DNA from: Verrucomicrobiota bacterium
GTDB taxonomy: Bacteria > Verrucomicrobiota > Verrucomicrobiia > Limisphaerales > UBA11358
Assembly: GCA_049517655.1 (NCBI GenBank)
Contig: JBEKRQ010000001.1
Location: 661,438-725,437, forward strand
DNA length: 64,000 nt
Direction: 5' to 3'
Below the pieces are notes generated by a model that saw only the letters and a list, made by a program, of their open reading frames with translations, had not been told where the DNA came from and did not search any database. Of this stretch, positions 36,138-45,605 are shown piece after piece. The position numbers and the translations under genes were made by a program. Position 1 is the first letter of the stretch. Each line of letters opens with the position of its first letter.

Positions 36138-38792
36138 TCAGTACAACAACTGGAGACGATAAAATCGTCGTGGGTCGGGTCCAATGACATTGGTTGCGGT
36201 CGCTGTGGAATTGGTTGCGATGATGACGGCGCCCAGATTAATCCAGTTGGTTTGGAGCAAATTGGTCTTGTATTGCACTTGATACACAAGTCCGGTCAGG
36301 GCATTCCAGGTAAAGTTGAGCGTGCCATTCGTTTTCGTCACCGATTGGAACACTGGTACAGGAACAAGCTGCACGGTGACATCGTCGAGGCCTAAATAAG
36401 TCCGGTCGTCTCGGAATCCGAATTGGAGGATGCTGTTGGGTCCGGTGGCGGTGACAATAAACTGCATATTTGTCCAGCCGATTACAGGCAGATTAACTTC
36501 ATCGAAGTTTGTTTGCCCGTTCCACGTCACAAAGAATTCATTGACAATCAAACCATCAGGGCTGTTCAACCAGAAAGAAAGCAAATAGGGCTGCCCGGTG
36601 ATGGTTGACAGTGTCTGGGAAAGGAAAACAAAATCTTGATACGTGCCCAGTTCCGCACAGTAATTGCCCGAGTGGGCGGGAATATAATCACCGGAGGCAA
36701 CCAGGATGTAGCGGGTGTCTCCGGATAAAGTCCAGCCGGTAAAATCGCCGGTTTCAAAGCCGCCATTCTGAACCAGCGGCCCCACCAGTAACGTGAACTG
36801 GCGGCTTTGGGCGATGCCGCTGGTCATGTTCGTGAAAACCAGATTGGTCGCATAAATTCCCGCAAGCAGGTTGCTGGCGGTGGAATTCAGGCTCACTGTC
36901 ACGTTGGTTGCGCCGTTGGGCGTCAATGTGCCACCGGTCGGAGAAGCATTCAGCCAGGCAGGAATGCCAGCGAGCGACCAGTCCAGTGAAGTTCCGCCGG
37001 AATTGGTGAGGGAAAAATTCTGGCTGGTCACGTTGAACGGGCCGCCAACCGGCCCACTGGACGTAAAACCTGTTCCCGGCAAAATTCCCAGCGCGTCGGG
37101 CGTGGCAAGAGCGGTGATCAAATTCATTCCGTTCGGCGTGCCCCAGCCAGTGCAAAGGTCGTAGCCGGCGACGGCAAGGAAATTGGTGTGGCTGACCAGG
37201 TTTGTATTGTTGCCGGTCGTGATGTCGTGGAAATCGACGGTGAAATTGGCGCTTTTGCCAATGGCATAGACGGCGGGATTAATAAAGCCGACAGTCGGTC
37301 TGCCGGCGGCAACCGCCTGCTGATTGATCAGCGCGGTAAATCCCGCCCAGAGCGGCGCGGCGCAACTGGTGCCACCATAATCTTCTCCTGATTGGCCGTT
37401 GTCGTGTACCACATAGATGTTATCCGCGGTCAGGGCGACGTCGGGAACATTTCGCAGCGTCGTGGAGCCTTTGTTGATCGTCATGTTGATGATGCCCTGT
37501 TGCCAGCTTGGAATTGGGATGTTGTTGAAATTGATTCCCCCGCCGCTGCCGCTCGTGCCTTGCCCGGTGCTATACCAATTCCAAACGGTTTCCGACAACC
37601 ACGAGCCGCCGGGCCCGCTCGTGGACAAAGTGGTTCCGCCGACGAGCGTGATGTTCGTGTCATCCGCCCATTGGGCAATTCCTGAATAATACGCGCCGTC
37701 ATCGCCGGAAGCCTGAAAAAAAGACTGCCCCTGCGTGGCGAATTGTTTGTATACCGTGTCGAAACTGGCGTTGTCGCCGACAAGCCAGGAAGAACTGATT
37801 TGTTTGGCCAGATTATCCGTAGCCATGCGATTCAACATGTCAACAACGTTGCCGCCATTTTGCTCTTCGTAAACGATCACTATGGCAAGTCCCGGCGCCA
37901 TCGCAATGGCCATTTCGATGTCCAGCGCCACCTCATCGTTGTTTGCGCCGGCGTTCCCGCTATAGGAGTCAATATACACGTTCTGTAATGGCACATTCGT
38001 CAGCCCGGCCTGATGCTCATAATTGGTGATGTCACTGGTATAATAACCGTCCAACTCCAGCAACCCGACCACTTGCCCCGAGCCGTTGAGTGAAACCCCC
38101 GGAGCATAGGCGGCCCGGAAATCATTTCCCATGTAAAGGCCGGACGGCCCCGAGCCGGTAGCCGAGGCTGTCCTTATCAGGTGGTCCAATGGAATCGCCC
38201 GAAGATTCATGGGTCGTGGTCGGATAAAGTTATCCAAACCGCTGATATGCAGAATCGGAATGGCCAGGTCGAGCGACGGCTCGACATCCGGAGCATAAAA
38301 CGTGCGGGCTTCTTTCGGGTGCTGATAAACACGCATCGTCACATGAAAAATCCGTTCGATGTCCGCCACCGACCCGCTCACGTCCAACAACGTGCGATTC
38401 GGATGCGTGCCCGTCACCGTCAAGCCGTTCTTCTCAGCAAAAGCGATGAGCGTCTGATAATCTTGTTCCGTCGGGCCAAACCTTTCCCTGAACTGTTCGG
38501 GTGTCAGATACTGGCGAAAATTCGGGCTGGCCGGGTCGTAGATTTGCTGGAGCAGATTGTCCAGCGCTTCCTGGTTCCGCAACGGCAGCCCGATTGCCAG
38601 GTTCAAATGCTTCGTGGCGGAAAGGCGGCTGGTTGATTGCAAATGAAAACTCTCCACGGCTTTAGGCACATGGCCATGTAAAACCTGTCTGCCGGGACTC
38701 TGGGCGCAGGCTGCCAATGGGAGAAATCCCACCGCGCACGAGATGGTAATAAGCCGTCCGCCAAACAATCGCCTGGTAAATTTAACAGGCAT
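36138..38792 (-). CDS. Secreted S53 (sedolisin/kumamolisin-type) peptidase with a long C-terminal non-catalytic extension
   Basis: Pro-kumamolisin activation-domain-like N-terminus (YLTPEQFRERFGPTEQDYQTLIAFAEKNGLTV). Catalytic Ser context GGTSCAAPLWAGFTALINQ. About 350 aa of extra beta-rich domains. Start uncertain (38792 or 38804). Confidence 0.8.
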   Translation of the reverse strand: MPVKFTRRLFGGRLITISCAVGFLPLAACAQSPGRQVLHGHVPKAVESFHLQSTSRLSATKHLNLAIGLPLRNQEALDNLLQQIYDPASPNFRQYLTPEQFRERFGPTEQDYQTLIAFAEKNGLTVTGTHPNRTLLDVSGSVADIERIFHVTMRVYQHPKEARTFYAPDVEPSLDLAIPILHISGLDNFIRPRPMNLRAIPLDHLIRTASATGSGPSGLYMGNDFRAAYAPGVSLNGSGQVVGLLELDGYYTSDITNYEHQAGLTNVPLQNVYIDSYSGNAGANNDEVALDIEMAIAMAPGLAIVIVYEEQNGGNVVDMLNRMATDNLAKQISSSWLVGDNASFDTVYKQFATQGQSFFQASGDDGAYYSGIAQWADDTNITLVGGTTLSTSGPGGSWLSETVWNWYSTGQGTSGSGGGINFNNIPIPSWQQGIINMTINKGSTTLRNVPDVALTADNIYVVHDNGQSGEDYGGTSCAAPLWAGFTALINQQAVAAGRPTVGFINPAVYAIGKSANFTVDFHDITTGNNTNLVSHTNFLAVAGYDLCTGWGTPNGMNLITALATPDALGILPGTGFTSSGPVGGPFNVTSQNFSLTNSGGTSLDWSLAGIPAWLNASPTGGTLTPNGATNVTVSLNSTASNLLAGIYATNLVFTNMTSGIAQSRQFTLLVGPLVQNGGFETGDFTGWTLSGDTRYILVASGDYIPAHSGNYCAELGTYQDFVFLSQTLSTITGQPYLLSFWLNSPDGLIVNEFFVTWNGQTNFDEVNLPVIGWTNMQFIVTATGPNSILQFGFRDDRTYLGLDDVTVQLVPVPVFQSVTKTNGTLNFTWNALTGLVYQVQYKTNLLQTNWINLGAVIIATNSTATATNVIGPDPRRFYRLQLLY

Positions 38793-38962
38793 GCCGTCTT
38801 GCATATAATGACTTATACAGACACAACTTGCAATTTTCGCGTCAAAAAACAATGCGAATTGCAGAATAATCTAGCACAATTTCAGGAAATTTCACGGCAC
38901 CATCAAATGGGGTGTGCCGAAAAACAATTGCCGCTTCGCTTCCCCGCCACTAACGTCCATTT

Positions 38963-39745
38963 GTGGCCGTTAAATTCACCATTCTCGGCAGCGGTTCAGG
39001 CGGCAATTGTGCCTATCTTGAGACCGACGAAACCCGCGTGCTCGTGGATGCCGGGTTCAGCCCGCGTCAAATCCGCCAGCGCCTCGCCGGGATCGGTCGC
39101 GCGCCGGAAAATCTCACTGCCATTCTCGTCACGCATGAACACAACGACCACATTTACGGCCTGACCGGAATCGCGCAAAAGCTGAACATTCCGATTTATT
39201 GCAACCGCGCCACCAAGGAAGCGTTTGAATTTCAGTTGCAAACCAAATTCAATTGCAATTTGTTCGAGACTGGTGCGAGCTTTGAAATCGGCGACCTGCT
39301 GGTGGACACGTTCCCCATCCCACACGACGCCCAGGACCCCGTTGGCTTTCTGCTTCACACTGCCGCGGGTAACATCGGTTTTGTCACCGACCTCGGCCAC
39401 ATGACGAAACTGGTCATCGAGCGCACGCGCGCCGCGAACGTCCTCGTCTTGGAATCCAACCACGACGTGAAGATGTTGCAGGATTGTGTCCGCCGACCGT
39501 GGAGTCTCAAACAGCGCATACTCGGACGCCATGGCCATCTCTCGAACGAGGCCGCCGCCGAAGCCGCCGCGCAAATCATGTCTGCCGAATTAAAACACCT
39601 CTACCTCGCCCACTTGAGCCGCGAATGCAACAAACCTGACCTCGCCCGCCAGGTGATGAGTGAAAGGCTCCAACAAATCAGCGCAACTCACGTTCAACTC
39701 CAACTCACCACGCAGGATGTGCCGTGTGAAACTTTGAAATTGTGA
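38963..39745 (+). CDS. MBL-fold metallo-hydrolase
   Basis: ILGSGSGGN...VLVDAG...ILVTHEHNDHIYG (HxHxDH motif). GTG start. Confidence 0.8.
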   Translation: MAVKFTILGSGSGGNCAYLETDETRVLVDAGFSPRQIRQRLAGIGRAPENLTAILVTHEHNDHIYGLTGIAQKLNIPIYCNRATKEAFEFQLQTKFNCNLFETGASFEIGDLLVDTFPIPHDAQDPVGFLLHTAAGNIGFVTDLGHMTKLVIERTRAANVLVLESNHDVKMLQDCVRRPWSLKQRILGRHGHLSNEAAAEAAAQIMSAELKHLYLAHLSRECNKPDLARQVMSERLQQISATHVQLQLTTQDVPCETLKL

Positions 39746-39751
39746 ATTTTT

Positions 39752-40297
39752 ATGACCGAGTCAGACAATTGGCACTTCGATTGCAAACAAATTTCTGCGG
39801 CCAACTGGCAACAAATTGATGAAGCTCCCAAGGTGTGGTGCATGATGACGGCTGTAGCAAAAACAAATGAAGAATGGATAACATTTTTCTTTTTTCCAAA
39901 ACTCGACTCGAAAGTTCCGTTAGAAATCGCTAAACTTTTAGAAGTTGCTCGCGGTGCGATGATTTACGGTTGGTATTTTTACCCGCTCATAGCTTTGGGA
40001 ATGGAACAATGTTGGCGTATATTGGAAACAGGTGTGCGCGTTCGTTGTCAACAAGCCAACATTCCAACAAAAATAGTGACCCCAAAAGCAAAAGAAATAG
40101 ATGCTACTTTTGACAACAACATCAAAGCACTCATAAAAAACAAAATCATCTCAAAGACAGATAAGGAACGCTGGAAAGCTGTTCGTAAGTTGCGAAATTG
40201 TTCTTCGCATCCAGAACGGCAATCAATTTATGACCCCGGACAAGCCCAAGGAATTTTAAGTTTAGCGGTAGATTTATTGAATGATTTATTCCGTTGA
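39752..40297 (+). CDS. Hypothetical protein with a C-terminal HEPN-like (DUF4145-type) motif
   Basis: ...IKALIKNKIISKTDKERWKAVRKLRNCSSHPE contains R-N-x3-H in an alpha-helical context, as in HEPN/DUF4145 proteins. The gene is visibly AT-richer than its neighbours. Confidence 0.5.
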   Translation: MTESDNWHFDCKQISAANWQQIDEAPKVWCMMTAVAKTNEEWITFFFFPKLDSKVPLEIAKLLEVARGAMIYGWYFYPLIALGMEQCWRILETGVRVRCQQANIPTKIVTPKAKEIDATFDNNIKALIKNKIISKTDKERWKAVRKLRNCSSHPERQSIYDPGQAQGILSLAVDLLNDLFR

Positions 40298-40354
40298 GCA
40301 TTTGATTTTGCAACCTTGCCCCAAAAAATCAAACGGGCATATTCTTGTCCCATC

Positions 40355-40930
40355 ATGGGCTACAAAACGGGGTTGGTTGCGCCACCACAAATCGAACAAG
40401 CCATCCTTTTGATTCGCGGACAACGAGTGATGCTGGATCGCGACTTGGCTGCGATGTATGGCGTCAGTACCGGCAACCTCAACAAGGCGGTACAACGCAA
40501 CCTTGACCGTTTTCCAGCCGACTTCATGTTCCAACTCACGGCGGAAGAGGCAGAGGTTTCAAGATTCCAAATTGGAATCTTGAAGAGGGGGTTGAATATC
40601 AAATACTTACCATACGTTTTCACACAGGAAGGCGTCGCGATGCTTTCCGGCGTCTTGCGCAGCCCACGCGCCGTGCAAATCAATGTCGCCATCATGCGCG
40701 CATTTGTCCGGCTGCGCGAAACCCTGTCGCTGCACAAGGAACTCGCGCACAAATTATCCGAACTGGAACGCAAAATTGAAAATCACGACGAAAATATCCG
40801 GACTTTATTCGAAGCCATTCATCAACTGATGACACCGCCGGAACAACCACGGAAGGAAATCGGCTTTCACGTCAAGGAAGACAGCCCGCCTTACCGCGTA
40901 AAAACCCGGCGTAAAAAACGGCTGAATTGA
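40355..40930 (+). CDS. ORF6N (KilA-N-like) DNA-binding domain protein with a C-terminal coiled coil
   Basis: IRGQRVMLDRDLAAMYGVSTGNLNKAVQRNLDRFPADFMFQLT...LKYLPYVFTQEGVAMLSGVLRS matches the ORF6N family pattern. Confidence 0.7.
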   Translation: MGYKTGLVAPPQIEQAILLIRGQRVMLDRDLAAMYGVSTGNLNKAVQRNLDRFPADFMFQLTAEEAEVSRFQIGILKRGLNIKYLPYVFTQEGVAMLSGVLRSPRAVQINVAIMRAFVRLRETLSLHKELAHKLSELERKIENHDENIRTLFEAIHQLMTPPEQPRKEIGFHVKEDSPPYRVKTRRKKRLN

Positions 40931-41008
40931 ACATTTGGAAAATCTCCTCATTCGATTCGCCGAACTCCAGCTATTGGAATAATGTCCAGGATGGGGGCCA
41001 AGCTCGGC

Positions 41009-41455
41009 CTATTTCGCCCGCGCCAGGTGTTGCTGCATCCAAACCCTGCCTAATTTCGCCAACGTCTCTTGCTGGAGCACTTTCTCAATCAGCGGGAAAA
41101 CGGTCAGTTCTTCGCGGCGGAAGTGTTTGCGCGACGCGAGCAGCGCCGCCGTCAGTAATCGCTGCGCCTCGGGCAACGTGGCCGCCGTCTTCACCTGTCT
41201 CAAATGGTCGTCAATTTCGTCGTGGTCTTCGTGCAACCGGTCGAGCCGCCCTTTCTGATCGAGCGCATGATCCAAGGCGACGAACGCCAAATTTGTTTCG
41301 GCGTCACCATGGTCTTGCAGCAATGCCTCCACCAAACCGGCCAGCATCTTTGCCTCCTCCAGCCTTTTTAGTTTCGGCAAAGCCTGTTCGATCTGATCAA
41401 ATACGGTTAAGAAAACCGCATGTTCAGTGACCAAAACTTCCGTAATGTTCATCAT
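41009..41455 (-). CDS. Hemerythrin-like (HHE cation-binding) domain protein
   Basis: MMNITEVLVTEHAVF...LLQDHGDAE...LHEDHDEIDDHL...RKHFRREE. His/Glu spacing is typical of the family. The internal ATG at 41455 is preferred over the 215-aa track ORF. Confidence 0.7.
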   Translation of the reverse strand: MMNITEVLVTEHAVFLTVFDQIEQALPKLKRLEEAKMLAGLVEALLQDHGDAETNLAFVALDHALDQKGRLDRLHEDHDEIDDHLRQVKTAATLPEAQRLLTAALLASRKHFRREELTVFPLIEKVLQQETLAKLGRVWMQQHLARAK

Positions 41456-41595
41456 CGGTTTCACTGTTGCACGCCTGCGCGAAAAACTCAACCTCAATTT
41501 CGGATTGGCGGTTTGCGCCGGTGCGCAGCGGAACGAACGGGGCCGCAAAAGCGCTTTTGTTTCCGCGCCCAAACAGAAACAATCGGCGCGTGGCC

Positions 41596-42483
41596 ATGTT
41601 GCGCATCCAGAAGATTGATTCGTTCGACGCGCCGGAACTGCGGCCTTACGCGACAATGAAGCGGCCGCTGGAGCATGAGCGGCAGGGCATTTTCGTCGCG
41701 GAAGGTGTCAAGGTTGTGAAACGGCTGCTCGAAAGCCGTTTTGCCGTTCTTTCCGTCGTGCTGCCGGGAAAATGGCTGGACGATTTCCGCCCGTTGCTTG
41801 AAGCGCGACCCGAACCCATCACTGTTTATCTCGCCGAAAAGAAATTTCTGGAGGGGTTGACCGGTTTTTCAATGTTCCAGGGCGTGCTCGCCGTCGGGAA
41901 AATTCCTCCGCCCGTTTCACTCGACGACATTTTGTCCAAAAGACCGACCCAGACTTCGCCGAGGCGGGAACCTCTGCTCCTCGTGGCCATAGATGCGCTC
42001 GCGAACGCGGAAAATCTGGGTGCGCTTGTCCGCAACTGCGTTGCCTTCGGCGTTCATGCGTTGCTCGTTGGTGAAACGTCCAGCAGCCCGTTCCTCCGCC
42101 GTGCTGTCCGCAACTCCATGGGCACGATTTTGCAATTGCCAGTCATTGAACTGGCAAAACTCGGCCAGCGGCATCAATTCACCACGAAACCTCACACCAC
42201 GAAGTCAACACTCACGGAATGTTTGAAGGAGTTGCGCAGTCGCGGTGTCCGCTGCATCGCGGCGCATCCGCACGCGAACGGCAAAACGCTGTCACAGGCC
42301 GATTTTTCAGGCGATTGCTGCATCGTCTTCGGCAGTGAAGGCCACGGTATTTCCGCGCCTGTGCTGGAAGCGTGCGACGAGGCGGTCTCCATTCCTATGC
42401 CGCCCACGGTGGACTCGCTGAACGTGGGAGCGGCTGTGGCGGTGTTTCTTTACGAAGTCAATCGCCAGCGGAAAAAGGTTTGA
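41596..42483 (+). CDS. SpoU/TrmH-family RNA 2'-O-methyltransferase
   Basis: ...LLVAIDALANAENLGALVRNCVAFGV...CIVFGSEGHGIS...VSIPM...VDSLNVGAAVAVFLYE. Confidence 0.8.
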   Translation: MLRIQKIDSFDAPELRPYATMKRPLEHERQGIFVAEGVKVVKRLLESRFAVLSVVLPGKWLDDFRPLLEARPEPITVYLAEKKFLEGLTGFSMFQGVLAVGKIPPPVSLDDILSKRPTQTSPRREPLLLVAIDALANAENLGALVRNCVAFGVHALLVGETSSSPFLRRAVRNSMGTILQLPVIELAKLGQRHQFTTKPHTTKSTLTECLKELRSRGVRCIAAHPHANGKTLSQADFSGDCCIVFGSEGHGISAPVLEACDEAVSIPMPPTVDSLNVGAAVAVFLYEVNRQRKKV

Positions 42484-42496
42484 ACCGCCAAAACAT

Positions 42497-42528
42497 AAAG
42501 GCACAAAGTCATTCTTCCTCGTGCCTTT
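42497..42528. terminator. Hairpin between convergent trmH-like gene and glnE
   Basis: aaaggcac-(16 nt)-gtgccttt. On the minus strand it is followed by atgtttt. Confidence 0.3.
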
Positions 42529-42570
42529 GTGTCCTCGCCTCGGCGTAGCTTGGCGAAGCCGGGTTGATGG

Positions 42571-45552
42571 TTAATCAAAGTGGAAAACTTTTTGATAAAT
42601 CTGGCGAATGGCTTGACGCCATTTCGCCAGTGCGTTTCTGAATTCCTCCGGTTTCAAAAATCCACAACGCACCGAAACGCGGTAAAAGGCCGGCGCGTCG
42701 TCCGGCAAAACGGTTTCGCCCTCGTAACTCCACCGGCGTAAAATACCTTCAACGCGGCGCAATTGCCGGTAAGCCTCGATCAATTTGTCCGCGTCCGGCA
42801 AAGCCCCGGTGTCACGGCCCCGTTCGAGCGCACGCAGCGTGTTCGCCTCCTGCCAGCCGTGTTCGAGGCACAATGCCTGTGCGACGAACTCCGCATCCAT
42901 CAAACCGCCTTTGCCGGTCTTTATGGCCAGGTCATCCTGTCCGTGCGGCGTGCGCTCCGTTTCGATGCGCATCCGCATTTGATGAATTTGCCTCTTCCAA
43001 TCCGGCTTGAACGCGGCCAGCGGACGACTGGGCTTGGAAAAATTGGCGAGTAACGCGGCCAACTCCTGAAATTTTTCACCAAGCGCCAAATCACCGGCGA
43101 CCGGTCGCGTGCGGGTGAGCGCTTGGATTTCCCAAAGCTGCGCGCGCCGACGGTAATAATTCCCGTAAGCGTCGAGCGTGTTGACAAGCAGACCTTTTTC
43201 GCCGTCGGGACGCAACCGCGCGTCGACATGGAATACAATCCCCTGCTCCGTCCGGCGCGAAAGCAATTCCATCACTTCCGCTGCCACCCGCTGGAGTTCG
43301 GACAAATTTTTCACTTTCGAATCCGCAAAAAAAACAACGTCGAGGTCGGAGCCATAATCGATTTCGCAACCGCCGAGCTTGCCGAAACCGATGACGACGA
43401 ACGGCGGCTTTTTGATTTTATTTTTGTGCATCACAACTTCGAGCGCGTATTGCAAACAGGCGTCGGCAAGCGCGGAAAGTTCAGTGAGATTTTGTTCGAG
43501 ATCGGCCAGGCCGAGAATGTCGCGCAAACCGAGTCGCATTAATTCGGCCTCGTGATAACGGCGCAACCAGAAAAATTGATCCGCATCCCTCAATCCGTAA
43601 CGTAAATCCTTCAAAATCTCTGCGGTTGTTTTACACTGGCGCAATCGTCCGGTAGCAACCAAGTCGTCAATCAAATCCGGCGTATGAATTGCCACTTCGG
43701 CCAAAAACTCGGAGCGGTCGAACAACAACAACATCAATTCAAATATCGCCGGATTGCCATTCCACATTTCGAGCAGCGGCGCGCGCGCTCCATACGCACC
43801 GATGAAACTGACCAGTCGTGTGAGCACGCGGTCAGGATCGGAAAGCCAGAAACCAGAGGTCGGTCCGTCCTCCGCAGTAGCTCTGCTACGGAGGGTGGAA
43901 GGCCGGAGGTCGGAATTTGTTCGTCCGACTTCCGACTTCTGCTTGGGGCAAAGGGCAAAAAATTTCGGAATCAATTGGCGCGCCAACTCCGTCGTTCGCG
44001 GCGAGACGTGAACGTCGCCCGGCCCTTCGGCAAATTCCTTGAGCAAATGAAACGCGGTTTCCGGGTCGCGAAACGAGTGTGTGGCAAGCAACTCCACCCA
44101 TTTTTCCATGGAAGCGTCGAATTCCTCTGGAAAAATTGTCTGCGTCCGCAACGATTCGTTCTTGAGCTGTTTTTCGTAAATTCGCCGGATGTTCCCGGTG
44201 TGTCTTTGCAGCGCTGTCTCGAATTGTTCCAGAGACTTGAAATCCATCAACCGCGCCAGCCGCAGTTGCGCCCGCCGGTCATTGGGAATGGTGTGCGTCT
44301 GCAAATTGTTTTCCATTTGCAAACGATGTTCGACATCCCGCAAAAACCGGTAGGCGGCGTCCAGTTGCGACACTTCGTCCTTCGAAAGCAGGTTGTATCG
44401 CTCAAGTTTTTCAAGACATGGGAGCGTTTGCGAAACCTGCAAAAACGGCAGCCGCCCCGCGTGCAAGACCTGCAATGATTGGACGACGAACTCAATTTCA
44501 CGAATACCGCCGCGGCCGAGTTTCACGTTGCGTTCCAATTCGCCCACCCCCACAACTTCATTTTCAATCCGATCCTTGACGGCGGCGACTTCATGCAAAA
44601 CATTTTGGATGACGGAACGCGGAAAGCGAAATGGCTGAATCATTTCCAGAAATTCCGCCGCCAGGGTTTCATCGCCGGCAATGTGCCGCGCTTTGATGAG
44701 CATCATACGCTCCCACGTCTGGCCCCATTGCGAGTAAAAATTTTCGTAACTTTCGAGCGAACGGCACAGCGGTCCGGCATCACCTTCGGGCCGCAAACGC
44801 AAATCAATCCGGAACAAAAAACCTTCCGCCGTTGGGCGTGATATTTCCGCAATGAATGTCTCCGCGAGTTTGTTGAAAAACTGGTGATTCGACATCACGG
44901 CACGCGGCATTTTTTTCCTTGCAGGCGGTTCTTTGAAGACTTCCCCTTCGTCGCTGTAAACGAAGAGCACGTCCACGTCGGAACTGTAATTCAGTTCCTG
45001 CCCGCCGAGTTTGCCCATGCCCAGCACGCAAAAGGCCGTCGGCTGCCAATGACCATTTGCGTCTTGATGAAATGGCCGGCCAAAACGCCGGGTGAACTGT
45101 TGCCAAACGACGCGCAGGACGGCGTCAAGGCAAACATCAGCGACATCAGACAGTTCGCGCGTGATTTCGACAACGTTGCTCAACCGGGCAAGGTCGCGCG
45201 CAGCGATGCGGAGCATTTCGCGCTGCTTGAAGCTGCGCAATTCGGTCAGAGCGCCGGCGTAATCGTCCGTCCGCAATCGCGGCTCAAGCAAACTGTCAAC
45301 CTCACGGCAAAAACTTTGCGCACGGCGCGCAAATTGAAGTCGTTCGCAGTCGAGTTGTGGCAGCCAGTCCGGATGTGCGAGAAGCAAATTGCCGAGCGCT
45401 TGCGAGCCGCTGAATAACGCAATGAGAGCGCGGATTGAATCAGCGGAGAACTTTCCGAGTTGTGCCCGCGCGCTCGTCGCAGCAAGCGAATCAAGAAAGT
45501 GTTTGGAACGCTCGGAATCCGCGGAAGCTTTCAGCGCCTTTGTCCAAAACAT
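42571..45552 (-). CDS. glnE: Bifunctional glutamine synthetase adenylyltransferase / adenylyl-removing enzyme
   Basis: About 993 aa with two nucleotidyltransferase halves (GMGKLGGQELNYSSDVDVLFVY and GFGKLGGCEIDYGSDLDVVFF). The first ATG, at 45552, is used. Confidence 0.9.
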   Translation of the reverse strand: MFWTKALKASADSERSKHFLDSLAATSARAQLGKFSADSIRALIALFSGSQALGNLLLAHPDWLPQLDCERLQFARRAQSFCREVDSLLEPRLRTDDYAGALTELRSFKQREMLRIAARDLARLSNVVEITRELSDVADVCLDAVLRVVWQQFTRRFGRPFHQDANGHWQPTAFCVLGMGKLGGQELNYSSDVDVLFVYSDEGEVFKEPPARKKMPRAVMSNHQFFNKLAETFIAEISRPTAEGFLFRIDLRLRPEGDAGPLCRSLESYENFYSQWGQTWERMMLIKARHIAGDETLAAEFLEMIQPFRFPRSVIQNVLHEVAAVKDRIENEVVGVGELERNVKLGRGGIREIEFVVQSLQVLHAGRLPFLQVSQTLPCLEKLERYNLLSKDEVSQLDAAYRFLRDVEHRLQMENNLQTHTIPNDRRAQLRLARLMDFKSLEQFETALQRHTGNIRRIYEKQLKNESLRTQTIFPEEFDASMEKWVELLATHSFRDPETAFHLLKEFAEGPGDVHVSPRTTELARQLIPKFFALCPKQKSEVGRTNSDLRPSTLRSRATAEDGPTSGFWLSDPDRVLTRLVSFIGAYGARAPLLEMWNGNPAIFELMLLLFDRSEFLAEVAIHTPDLIDDLVATGRLRQCKTTAEILKDLRYGLRDADQFFWLRRYHEAELMRLGLRDILGLADLEQNLTELSALADACLQYALEVVMHKNKIKKPPFVVIGFGKLGGCEIDYGSDLDVVFFADSKVKNLSELQRVAAEVMELLSRRTEQGIVFHVDARLRPDGEKGLLVNTLDAYGNYYRRRAQLWEIQALTRTRPVAGDLALGEKFQELAALLANFSKPSRPLAAFKPDWKRQIHQMRMRIETERTPHGQDDLAIKTGKGGLMDAEFVAQALCLEHGWQEANTLRALERGRDTGALPDADKLIEAYRQLRRVEGILRRWSYEGETVLPDDAPAFYRVSVRCGFLKPEEFRNALAKWRQAIRQIYQKVFHFD
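43869..43944. repeat. Composite of two imperfect hairpins built from GACTTCN-type units, in frame inside glnE
   Basis: cctccgcagtagc-tct-gctacggagg (43869-43894). ggaggtcgga-atttgttcg-tccgacttcc, then gacttct (43905-43944). Encodes KSEVGRTNSDLRPSTLRSRATAEDG, which looks like inter-domain linker by position. Confidence 0.6.
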
Positions 45553-45605
45553 TTTTTTCACAACGAAGCATGTCAATCATCAGCCGGCTGATTGGCGGTC
45601 AGCTT

